DNA from: a virus | Taxonomy: Duplodnaviria > Caudoviricetes | Virus record (IMG/VR): IMGVR_UViG_3300017910_000188 | Coordinates: 1 to 26,818 of that record | Reading direction: 5' to 3' (one strand) | Length of the DNA: 26,818 nt | In this document: piece after piece, positions 6,064 through 15,000 of the stretch | How positions within the stretch are numbered: position 1 is the stretch's first letter | How the letters are laid out: every line of letters starts with the position of its first letter | Program-made: the position numbers and the translations under genes | The notes under the pieces: model-generated | What the model saw: the letters and a program-made list of their open reading frames with translations, nothing else | What the model was told of the DNA's origin: nothing | Database searches by the model: none

Positions 6064-6311
6064 TACCGAAATCTCCTAGTCTTACGTGCAATGTTTGCTG
6101 GCTGTGCCGCAAACTGTTCGCCCTTCTTCTTGGCCCGACGCTTGGCTCTAGTGGTAGCCGCGTACTCTGCCGAACTTAAACTCTTGATAGCGGCCTCGGG
6201 TAGATAGCGCTCGCCTGTGGCCTTTGGCCCTTGAGTCGATGGCTTGCCTGACTTGGTGCGCCACTTCTGCTTGGTCCAGTCCATCAAAGATCGCTGTGAC
6301 TTCTTAATCAC
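6063..6311 (-). CDS. Small basic protein (DUF5872-like, C-terminal half)
   Basis: SQRSLMDWTKQKWRTKSGKPS and GERYLP motifs. GTG start at 6311 or 6320. Confidence 0.75.
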   Translation of the reverse strand: MIKKSQRSLMDWTKQKWRTKSGKPSTQGPKATGERYLPEAAIKSLSSAEYAATTRAKRRAKKKGEQFAAQPANIARKTRRFR

Positions 6312-6480
6312 GATATCCACCGCCTTTGGCTTTGTACTGCTTGGCTAACATCTGCGCCTTACGTGCCGACCATTGGCCGGGTGCGCCGCCTTTGCCACCT
6401 GCCTTGATACGGTCAAACAGGTTCTTTCTCATGGTTGGCTTTGTATAGTTGCCAGCCTTGTTGACAGTAGACTTTCTCAT
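6304..6480 (-). CDS. Small basic protein (58 aa; DUF5872-like, N-terminal half)
   Basis: NYTKPTMRK...GGKGGAPGQWSARKAQMLAKQYKAKGGGY. ATGA coupling. Not in the ORF track. Confidence 0.8.
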   Translation of the reverse strand: MRKSTVNKAGNYTKPTMRKNLFDRIKAGGKGGAPGQWSARKAQMLAKQYKAKGGGYRD

Positions 6481-6776
6481 GCCTTCCGCGCCTTGTTACG
6501 TCGAGAGATTGCCGCCGCTTTCCTTCTGGCGTCTGCCTTTGAGCTGGCACCCCATGCGTTCAATGATAACAATAAACGTGTAGGCTCGCCGTTCTTGCGT
6601 TCTGGCCCCGGCATATTGCCCATGCGAGCAAGGAACGATGCCCGTCGTGGGTTGTCACCGCTCTTTACAGGACGCTTGAGGTTCATCCCTTGAGCCTTGG
6701 CTGAACGTCTACCTGCTTCGTTCAAGCCGCCCTTGGGATTCTTCCCTGCCTTACGTTGCCAAGCTGGTGTCTTCAC
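6477..6776 (-). CDS. Small basic conserved phage protein
   Basis: PAWQRKAGKNPKGGLNEAGR...RRASFLARMG; Arg/Lys-rich; coupled at both ends. Confidence 0.8.
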   Translation of the reverse strand: MKTPAWQRKAGKNPKGGLNEAGRRSAKAQGMNLKRPVKSGDNPRRASFLARMGNMPGPERKNGEPTRLLLSLNAWGASSKADARRKAAAISRRNKARKA

Positions 6777-7078
6777 GATGAGAGGTAATCAATCCACTTG
6801 CAACCGATACGGACCTTGCACGTACCTGATCCGAAATCGCCAGTCTTAACGCCAATGCGATAAGTCTTGCGCTCCGCTTCAAAGCCGTAGGTCTCTGTAT
6901 CAGCCGTGAATGAGTCAACGTCTGTATAATTAGAGCCGTCAACTCCAGATATCTTTTGCACTGTTACTTCAGTGCCGCCAGCAATACCAGTGACAGAGAC
7001 GTTGAAATATCCCTGTACAGTGATGTCATCGCTGAATGTGTTCTGAGCTGTAATGCTCTTTGTTACTTCGCCTGCCAT
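6773..7078 (-). CDS. Hypothetical beta-rich virion-associated protein (101 aa)
   Basis: SD AGGAG; Thr/Gly/Ser-rich beta pattern; follows the tail genes. Confidence 0.75.
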   Translation of the reverse strand: MAGEVTKSITAQNTFSDDITVQGYFNVSVTGIAGGTEVTVQKISGVDGSNYTDVDSFTADTETYGFEAERKTYRIGVKTGDFGSGTCKVRIGCKWIDYLSS

Positions 7079-7087
7079 GTTAGGCTC

Positions 7088-7510
7088 CTATGTGAATGTC
7101 CTAATAACATCGTTAAAAGTTTCGGGTGTGTAATACGGTGACTTAATGATGCTGTTAAAGGGTGACTTCTTCAAAAACACCACATTCGATATGGTTGCAT
7201 TGACTGATCCACTGATACGCGCAAAGCCAATCTGCGTACTAACGGGCGCAATGAACTGTCCGGTAAACGTGCCTGTCGTTGTCAGATTCGATGCAGTGTT
7301 GCCAGAAAACACTTTGAGACTGCCGCCACTCAATGCGTCAACAGTTACTTGATAGTAAACAAGTGAATTAGCTGGAACGCTGGTGCCACATAGAATGGGC
7401 TGGAATGATCCATCACCTGCTAATGTATAAGAGCCATCGCCATTATCAGTCCACGCCCCAACATTCGGCGGGTTCCAGATTTCAAATCCCCAAGAGTTTT
7501 TAGTTAACAC
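7088..7510 (-). CDS. Small tail-associated beta-sandwich protein (carbohydrate-binding-like)
   Basis: GAGG lies 9 nt before GTG 7510 (MLTKNSWG...). Beta-strand pattern ending ATISNVVF. Confidence 0.6.
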   Translation of the reverse strand: MLTKNSWGFEIWNPPNVGAWTDNGDGSYTLAGDGSFQPILCGTSVPANSLVYYQVTVDALSGGSLKVFSGNTASNLTTTGTFTGQFIAPVSTQIGFARISGSVNATISNVVFLKKSPFNSIIKSPYYTPETFNDVIRTFT

Positions 7511-9209
7511 TACGCGATACCTCAAACCATGCAGTGCCATCACAAACAAAGGTTAGTGTGTCATCTGCTGTACTTGTGAAATTGCCCGCCATCTTCAATG
7601 CTGTGCCATCTGTGACGGTAGCGGCATCGTCAAACTTAATGGTTAATCTGCGACCAGCCTTTTTGTTGGATATGTCATTGAATCCAGTAGTTCCAGTGTA
7701 GACAACAAACTCGCCTTGAACTGGTATTTGCAACACGCTACTGGTCACGGTCGATACTGTGATCCCTAGGTTCTCACTAATGTTGCTATGGATTAGCGAG
7801 TTAGCATCTTGCGCGGCATCTGCAATCGGATCGGGAGTGCCAGACGACGCATCAAAGGTATTGTTGCTAATTAAATACCTAACATTAGATGAAGCGGCAA
7901 CATTGATTGCTTCGTTTCTGTGATCGTAGAACGAGTTATTGCTTATAACAGTGTGAGTACAATCATTGTTTAGCTTAATGCCGACGTTGTTTACTACAGC
8001 TTGGCAATCAAATATACAATTCGTAATGTTGCTGTTGTTTACGCCCTTGAGCAGTATGCAACTTGTAGCCGCATTTTGCCCCCACTGGAAAAACGTGCTG
8101 TCTGTTATGTTGACGCCGCGTGAATTAACACACTCGATAACAACATCATCAGCGCCCCAGAAACGACAAGTGTTTACAGTTGGTGCGGAATCTCCAGTTG
8201 TGGCGGCATCCATATCCCAGAAGATGCCTCTGGAATTATTTCGTCCAGAATTGTAAGGATCGGTTGGAGCAAAGAATGTGTTTTCTACATGAACGCCAAA
8301 ATGGGTAGTTCCTGATTGAGAGCCGTGCGTTGCATTGATTCCAAAATAACAACTATCAAATCCACAATTATTGACGTGTAAGGTCTCAACGCCGCCGGGG
8401 TTGGTAACATCTGTCCCAGCCGCTTGATAGTACATATTAATGCCTTCGTTGTAGCCATAGGCAAAAACGCTACTTAATACGCTCCAGCTTACCCGCCCTA
8501 AATCTATCGCAGTTGCATTTTGTGCAACATACCCAACCAATGAATTTGTGGCATTTACGCTTCCTCGATATGCCTGAAGCGGCTGGAAGTGAACGCCCTC
8601 AATGTAATCATTGTCAGTCATTGAGCCTAGACGAATACCGTATCGGATTGGGTAGCCTTTACAGTTTAAGACGCGCAATAAAGCGTGATCTCGTCTTGCA
8701 TCTACAGCGCTGTATGAGTTTACGAAAGCACAGTCAGATACAGTTATTCCGTTGCGTGTTGGCGCTACCGTAACCGTAGGCGGATACGTTGTTGGCGTGG
8801 TCGCAGTCATATCCTGATCGGGATAAACAAACGCAAATCCACGCACTCCGCTATTGTCATACATGGTAAGCGCGGCGCTTGCGTAAGTATCAGCAGATGA
8901 TCCGCCACCAAACTTCACATTGATTACGCTACCAGTATCTAATTGCTCCCAGCCCGTACCGTTTCGGTATCTAGGATTGGGCGGATTCTCTCCACCAAAT
9001 AGCGTTACGCCTTCTTTGATAATGATTCCAGACGTTAAAGCGAAATCCCCAATAGCGCGAACGGTTGATATTTGATTGGCATTCGCATAATCAATGGCGG
9101 CTTGGATTGCTGTGCTATCGTCTGTAGTCCCATCTGCAACCGCACCAAAATCTCGAACATCTACGGATGCTCCAGCAATCATGCGGTTGTGTGCTTTCGT
9201 TAATGCCAT
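7500..9209 (-). CDS. Second tailspike, pectate-lyase-like right-handed beta-helix
   Basis: VDVRDFGAVADGTTDDSTAIQAAID start motif and Asn-ladder repeats (ITNCIF, ISNNSF, ISNNTF). No T7 gp17-type anchor. Confidence 0.85.
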   Translation of the reverse strand: MALTKAHNRMIAGASVDVRDFGAVADGTTDDSTAIQAAIDYANANQISTVRAIGDFALTSGIIIKEGVTLFGGENPPNPRYRNGTGWEQLDTGSVINVKFGGGSSADTYASAALTMYDNSGVRGFAFVYPDQDMTATTPTTYPPTVTVAPTRNGITVSDCAFVNSYSAVDARRDHALLRVLNCKGYPIRYGIRLGSMTDNDYIEGVHFQPLQAYRGSVNATNSLVGYVAQNATAIDLGRVSWSVLSSVFAYGYNEGINMYYQAAGTDVTNPGGVETLHVNNCGFDSCYFGINATHGSQSGTTHFGVHVENTFFAPTDPYNSGRNNSRGIFWDMDAATTGDSAPTVNTCRFWGADDVVIECVNSRGVNITDSTFFQWGQNAATSCILLKGVNNSNITNCIFDCQAVVNNVGIKLNNDCTHTVISNNSFYDHRNEAINVAASSNVRYLISNNTFDASSGTPDPIADAAQDANSLIHSNISENLGITVSTVTSSVLQIPVQGEFVVYTGTTGFNDISNKKAGRRLTIKFDDAATVTDGTALKMAGNFTSTADDTLTFVCDGTAWFEVSRSVN

Positions 9210-9210
9210 A

Positions 9211-9606
9211 TCAGCCTCTCAGTTTTGCCATTACCATCTTAATGGCGACAGTAGTGGGGAGAATCGTTTTGTACCAAGGCCAGAATTTGTGGCCTAGCTC
9301 TTCCATGTCTTCACGGTCAACCCATGCCTTAGTCCAGTTATCAATGTACATATCGCCGTAGCGTAGTACAGCATGGCCGCCGCCCTTCGTATCACAGCCA
9401 CATATCTCAGCTTGGAAGGTGAACAGCATCCACCAGAACTTGAGCCATGACTCCTGACAGATGACGTAGCACAGGACAGATAATGAGTAGTCTTCGCAAT
9501 CGCCGTGATACTCGTTCAGTGCATTAGGCTTCAACACGCGCCACTGGTCCCGACCTTTGGGATCGAACTTGTAGCTGTATCGGTTGTTGAAGTTGGTTAG
9601 GGTCAT
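9211..9606 (-). CDS. Transglutaminase-like cysteine peptidase (BTLCP/LapG-like)
   Basis: GDCEDYS, GHAVL and YIDN give the Cys-His-Asp triad in BTLCP order. Confidence 0.8.
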   Translation of the reverse strand: MTLTNFNNRYSYKFDPKGRDQWRVLKPNALNEYHGDCEDYSLSVLCYVICQESWLKFWWMLFTFQAEICGCDTKGGGHAVLRYGDMYIDNWTKAWVDREDMEELGHKFWPWYKTILPTTVAIKMVMAKLRG

Positions 9607-12056
9607 TAGATAGAAACCTGCCTAACAGCCAAGAAAGTTTTAGCCGTTTTCTCAGTTGCTCCAGCTTGGGAGTACAGGCCAATCTGATCACCAGCGCTTA
9701 GCTTGTAAGTAGTTGACGCAGTGCCAATAGAATTTTGCGCCGCAGTCGTACCGCTTCCTCTATCATGAAAAAGATATTGAATGATGGTTCCAGACGCGCT
9801 ATCAATTCGTACTGTCCAATATGTATCGTCATACGCGCTTCCATTCCATCCAGCGGCGCCACCTGCCTCGATAGCGTAAATACCGTCTACCGGAATCGTG
9901 ATCTCATCATTGGCCGCCATGTTGCAGTTGTCATAACTCTCAGCACCAAGGTCTACCAAACCTGTTCCTGTTTGCGTACCGCCGCCGCCATAGATTCTTG
10001 CAGAAGGCATAATTGGCGAGCCATTGAAATAAGTAAACACAGGGGTCTCGTTGTATGGCGATCCAGAGTATGCGGAATATGTAGCTTTTGGCGTACCGTC
10101 TGAGTTTGTCAAAGCGCCCAATGGATTATCGGATGGGGTTCCGGTGTTCTGGTCTGAAACTTTCTGTATTGCAATGGCCGATGGGTATTCGCTAACACAT
10201 AGCTGTGGGCTGGTGCCGCCAAACCAGCGACCAGTCCATGTAAGCGAGCCGACATCAATAAAGGCAACAGGCTTGCTTCCCGACGTTGTGTTGTGGCGAA
10301 TGTTAAATGTCCGACAGCCTGTGCGAGAGTATTGACCGCCATTATCGCTATCGGTCAACGTCATGCCTTGAATGTTTGCTGTGCAATTAAAAGAAACGAT
10401 AAGCGCAGAGAAGTCTGAAACACAAGCAACGCCTTCCATGTGCAGGTGTCCAATAGCTATGTTTGAACCATCATCTAGTTTAAGCAATCCTCTAGCTTCT
10501 GTTGCGCTAGTGTTATCAACCACGGCTCGCTCAATGTTAAGTGTGCCAATGTGGATGCCTTCAGTGCGCTTCACTCGTAAAGCAAATTCAAGCTGGCCCT
10601 GACACGTTACAGTCGCGGCTGTTTGGGTAATATCAAACGAAGTGCCTGTGCCATTGTGTCGCCCATCGAGATACATATGCGCGATTGTACTAGGCGTGTT
10701 GTAGCCTTCATTGAAAGCTGAGTTAATATCGAATAGGAAACGACTGGCCTTTGACATCCAAATGATGCCAATGTTGTTCGACCAAAATTGATTTTTGTTT
10801 CCTGTAGATTGCGCCCATAGCTCATCAACGCCATTGCGACACGCATTCAAAGAGTAAAGCATCCCAAACGTGCAGAAAGTTACATTACGCAATGATATTC
10901 CGTATGTGTCAGCGTCTCGCGCTTGGCCTGTTGTGTACTCCACGCGGATAGCTTCCGAGCTAAGACCTCGGCCTTGAATAATGACGGCAGTGTTGGAGTG
11001 CGCGGCCTTAATCAAACTGCTGTATGTAAAGCCGTAGTCAATGCGCTCAGGAATGTTTTGCCCTGCTTTTGGATTGCCAGAGGGGTAAGCTGTTAATGCC
11101 TCTGGATCAAATCCCAAAAGGCTAACTGTATCAGTGGTCTTATAAACACCTGCCGCTCGGCAAGCTGGTTGATAAGTAAACACATGATCTAAATATGCTT
11201 GGAGCGCAGTGGTATCGTCAGCAGATCCATCGCCAACAGCCCCGAAATCTTCGGGAGTTACATATTGGCGTAGCTTGGTCTGTACTGTGGTTTGTACTGC
11301 GCCAGTGCCAGCGGGTAGGTAAGTCACAGAGTTAGCATCAGTCGTGCCAATAGCCGTTGTCTTATAGCTAACAATCTCAATGCTTGCGTTAGTTGGTGGG
11401 GCTTCTGTGAACGTGACAGTTGAGCCGCTTACGCTATAGGCATCCTCTTCCTGATATACGCCGTCAATGTAGATGACAACGCCAGCAGGGGAACCGGGGT
11501 CAGCCGCTAGAGTGAATGCAGTTGTTGAGCCGTCACCTGTGAACTGTTGACGCGTAATGATCGACGGGCTGAGTGCGCTTGATAATGGTGACGTGCTTAC
11601 CGCGCCAGTTGAATCAAAGGTTAGGAAGCTATTGGTACGATTAGCCGCCTCGGGTAGCTCCATCGAGATAGAGTCAGAGTCGGTAATAGGCTTGCGGATA
11701 GACTGTGAGAATGATCGGTTAGTCTGCTCGCCTGCCAGCCATAGATTATCGAAGTCGCTGTTTACTTCAGAGGCAAGGAAGTCACCAGAGTTTGTATAAT
11801 TCTGGGTGCGAGCGTAGGGCATATCCCGGTACAGGGTAAGGATGTCGCCTGCTGTAGCGCCAGACGTTAGGGTTACGTTACCCCCGCTATCATTGCCCAC
11901 GTTCGACACAGTGTAATTAGTGCCCTCTGAGAGGGTCGTGCCGTTCTTCAATACGACAATATCGTCCTTGTCTACGATCTCAAACGTATACGCAAAGACC
12001 GTCTGACCAGAAGTCGCGGTATATTGGTTACGGCTTGTGTTGTCTGCTACTGTCAT
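9606..12056 (-). CDS. Tail fibre/tailspike: gp17-like N-terminal anchor, beta-helix body, C1q-like C-terminal domain
   Basis: YTATSGQTVFAYTF anchor; FTGDGSTTAFTL..YIDGVYQ..FTEAPP domain; PEDFGAVGDGSADDTTALQA; ITIPVDGIYAI..KLSAGDQI. Confidence 0.88.
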   Translation of the reverse strand: MTVADNTSRNQYTATSGQTVFAYTFEIVDKDDIVVLKNGTTLSEGTNYTVSNVGNDSGGNVTLTSGATAGDILTLYRDMPYARTQNYTNSGDFLASEVNSDFDNLWLAGEQTNRSFSQSIRKPITDSDSISMELPEAANRTNSFLTFDSTGAVSTSPLSSALSPSIITRQQFTGDGSTTAFTLAADPGSPAGVVIYIDGVYQEEDAYSVSGSTVTFTEAPPTNASIEIVSYKTTAIGTTDANSVTYLPAGTGAVQTTVQTKLRQYVTPEDFGAVGDGSADDTTALQAYLDHVFTYQPACRAAGVYKTTDTVSLLGFDPEALTAYPSGNPKAGQNIPERIDYGFTYSSLIKAAHSNTAVIIQGRGLSSEAIRVEYTTGQARDADTYGISLRNVTFCTFGMLYSLNACRNGVDELWAQSTGNKNQFWSNNIGIIWMSKASRFLFDINSAFNEGYNTPSTIAHMYLDGRHNGTGTSFDITQTAATVTCQGQLEFALRVKRTEGIHIGTLNIERAVVDNTSATEARGLLKLDDGSNIAIGHLHMEGVACVSDFSALIVSFNCTANIQGMTLTDSDNGGQYSRTGCRTFNIRHNTTSGSKPVAFIDVGSLTWTGRWFGGTSPQLCVSEYPSAIAIQKVSDQNTGTPSDNPLGALTNSDGTPKATYSAYSGSPYNETPVFTYFNGSPIMPSARIYGGGGTQTGTGLVDLGAESYDNCNMAANDEITIPVDGIYAIEAGGAAGWNGSAYDDTYWTVRIDSASGTIIQYLFHDRGSGTTAAQNSIGTASTTYKLSAGDQIGLYSQAGATEKTAKTFLAVRQVSI

Positions 12057-12057
12057 A

Positions 12058-15000
12058 TCAGCGTCCTATTCGCAAAGCCATCTCTCTTTCTTTGGCTTCA
12101 ATTACCATATTCATAAGTCTACCATCCTCTTGCAACATCTTCGCCTGAGCTTGTAGCTTATATTGATCGAAAATTCCTTTGATAAATACAGCCTTCCCAC
12201 CTTCAGGGCCATCTGACGCATTTTTGTATGACTGGCTATTCATCGTAATACGTAGTTGCTCTCTTAAAGAAAATTGCGACTCAATACCACTATACAAAAG
12301 AACGTAACGATCATACTGCTGGGCATCTAGTTCAACATTCTCAATAACTCGCCTTGGCATACCAACGGCAACCTGCTGGCGCACCATCTCATCTGCAATA
12401 GGGTCATCCTTTGCTGTAGACGTGTAGATAGGCGACATGATATCGGGGCCAATACCGCCTTCTAGTACGATGGGTTCGCCAAAGATGTTACGACGTGGTG
12501 GCAAGTCATCTGAGTATCCGGGGATACGTGACTTGACGCGATCTAAGAATCCATACGTTGCACTCATTTCTGGGCTTAGATAGCGCTCAATGTTTGCCAC
12601 GCTTGCAGGAACAATCGACGCCGCCTGACGTTGGAGATAGGACATCAACTTGTAGTTGCTGGACTCAGGATCAAGGCTTGCAGAGAAAAAGGCATCAAAG
12701 AAGTCAGTGACGCCTGACATATAGGTCTTGCTTGCCATATTCTGAGCAACAGATAGTGCCGCCGCTGTAGCAATCTGCGCCGCTTCCGCCTCGGTTGTTT
12801 GTCCGATAATCTCAGTCACGTCAGCCGACAAGCCTAGTAACGCACCAACAGGGTCAAGCCGGTTGTATGCGTAATACTTGTCGCCAACTTTAATCGAGTA
12901 GGGTTGCCAGCCAGTAGCTCGCATAATGTTTCGCATCTTGGGGTTGGTTGGTCCTGCGCCCGTGATTGATCCACTCATCACGAGATCAGCAGATACAGCC
13001 ATCGCCATCGAGCCAGCGATCAACTTGCCCAAAGCTAGGTCACGACGTGCGCCACCTGCCGCGATCTCTTCTCTAAACGAGCTAGACAGCGGAGCCAGAG
13101 GTGTACGCTCAAACGCATACGACATGACATTCACGGGTGTACGGACAAATGGCATAACGACACGAGCGTATGGGATGTTATTCCGCACTTGCTCAACAGC
13201 CTTGCCCGTCTTACCTAGCTGGTTGGTAAAGGTCTGATAGCGTGACGCATCAATCGCCGCTTGCTTAATGTTCTCAGGCGGGTTCTCGATGATCTCAACA
13301 ACACGTTTTGCCGCCGCTTCATCGCGCAAACCTTCGTTAAATGCCTGACGGTATGCCTGTGCGTATAGCTCCATGCGGTAGCCGACAGACTTAAAGTATT
13401 CATCACCAGCCGTTAGCAGACGACCGGGTACACGTATCGCTTCACCCATAAAGTCAGCGAAGCGACCAGCAGGACCAGCAATGTTGAGGTTCTCAGAAGT
13501 CACTGCGCGGAACTTCTCAGCCTCTACCTTTTGCATTGGGTCAGTAGGCTCGCCCGTCTTGAGTGCATTCCATGCCAATCGGAAGCCGTCACGCGCACCA
13601 TCTACCAAGCCTTTAAGCTGTGCGGATGTCTCACCCGGTGGGATATTAGGGCCGATAGCACTTGCAATCTTACGTTCGCCAACAGTCAAAGCCGCGACCA
13701 TTGTGTTTGATAGGATGTTGACCATGTGAGTCGTAGGTGACGACAACAAGCCGTTAATCCAAATCTCGTATAGCTGGTCTTTGGTAGTCGCTCGGTTCGC
13801 ATCCTTAACAAAGCGACCGATCTTCTCGGGGCTATCTAGCTCTGACAACATAGCCGCCATGTCACGCGATACAGCTTCGCCGCCTGTAGTCTCAAGCGCT
13901 TCTTTAATCAATCGCTCTTGCTCTCTCGAACTAGCCGCCACAACTCGGAATGACTGTAATGCACGACCAGCCTCAGCCGTCATGCCTGATACTTGTGACT
14001 GAATGGCTCGGTGCTGTGACATAGCCCTACGGAATAGAGCCAGATCCATCTCACTGCCGTTCTTGGCCGCGTTTGCCAGCTTCACAAGGCTCTCACCAGA
14101 AGCCACAAGGATCTTACGTGCCGCTAAAATCTGCTCTGCGTTGAATGCCTCACCCTGACGACGTGCCAACAAGTCCTCGACAGTCATGCCAAGGTCATCG
14201 GCTAACTTGGGCAACTCATCATTCGTAATCTTTTGACGACGTGCATCGTTAATGTTGGGCGCGTCAGCCTTCGCCACTTCATCAATGAGGGTTGATACAT
14301 CCTCAGTCGTATTGAGGTTAGCCAGATTGATATTACGTGCGGCCTCGGGGTCTGCCTCAGTAGTTCCGGGCTTAAACTCAGGGACGCGGATTGTAGGCTG
14401 TACAGCTTCAGCCGCCTCATCAAACGGTATGTACTCTTGACCGAGCGGCATCTCGCGAGGGATTGGCATTCCACCCTTCATGGTAGCCATAGCCTCTTCG
14501 ATCATCTGCTCAACTGGCTTGCCTTCTGCCTCAGCTACCTCTACAAGCGCCCTACGGTTCTTCACAAGACGAATACCTTGGATAAGACCGTCAGCTACAC
14601 CACCAAGCGCAAGCCCTTCCACGGCGTTTTTAAAGCGCCCCTCAGCGTCCGTATCTTCTGGACTAGCCGCAAGGTATTCAGTGATTGGGCTTTGTAGTGC
14701 TGGCACTTCTTGGATGAGGTTAGATAGTCGCTCTTCCTGTGGATCGAACACTGTAGCGTCCGCGATAGCACCTGCCGCCGCTGGAGCCGCAACACCTGTG
14801 ACACCAAGCGCCTTGACGCCACGCAATGCTGGAATAAAGCCTGTAAGGAACTGGCTGATAGCACGTACACCCGCGCCCGTTACAGTACGAGGGTCGGCTT
14901 CAATCTCAAGATACTCAGGCTCCGCACCGCTAATAGTGCCTAGCGGGATGATTGACTCCATCACACGAGCCGCTTCAGCAGTCGCATCAAGGAAGCCAGC

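Noticed and set aside
7490-7549. Possible frameshift fusion of the second tailspike to the next ORF
   Set aside because: The A-run (TAAAAAC) includes the stop codon, and an independent GAGG plus GTG start at 7510 explains the overlap.
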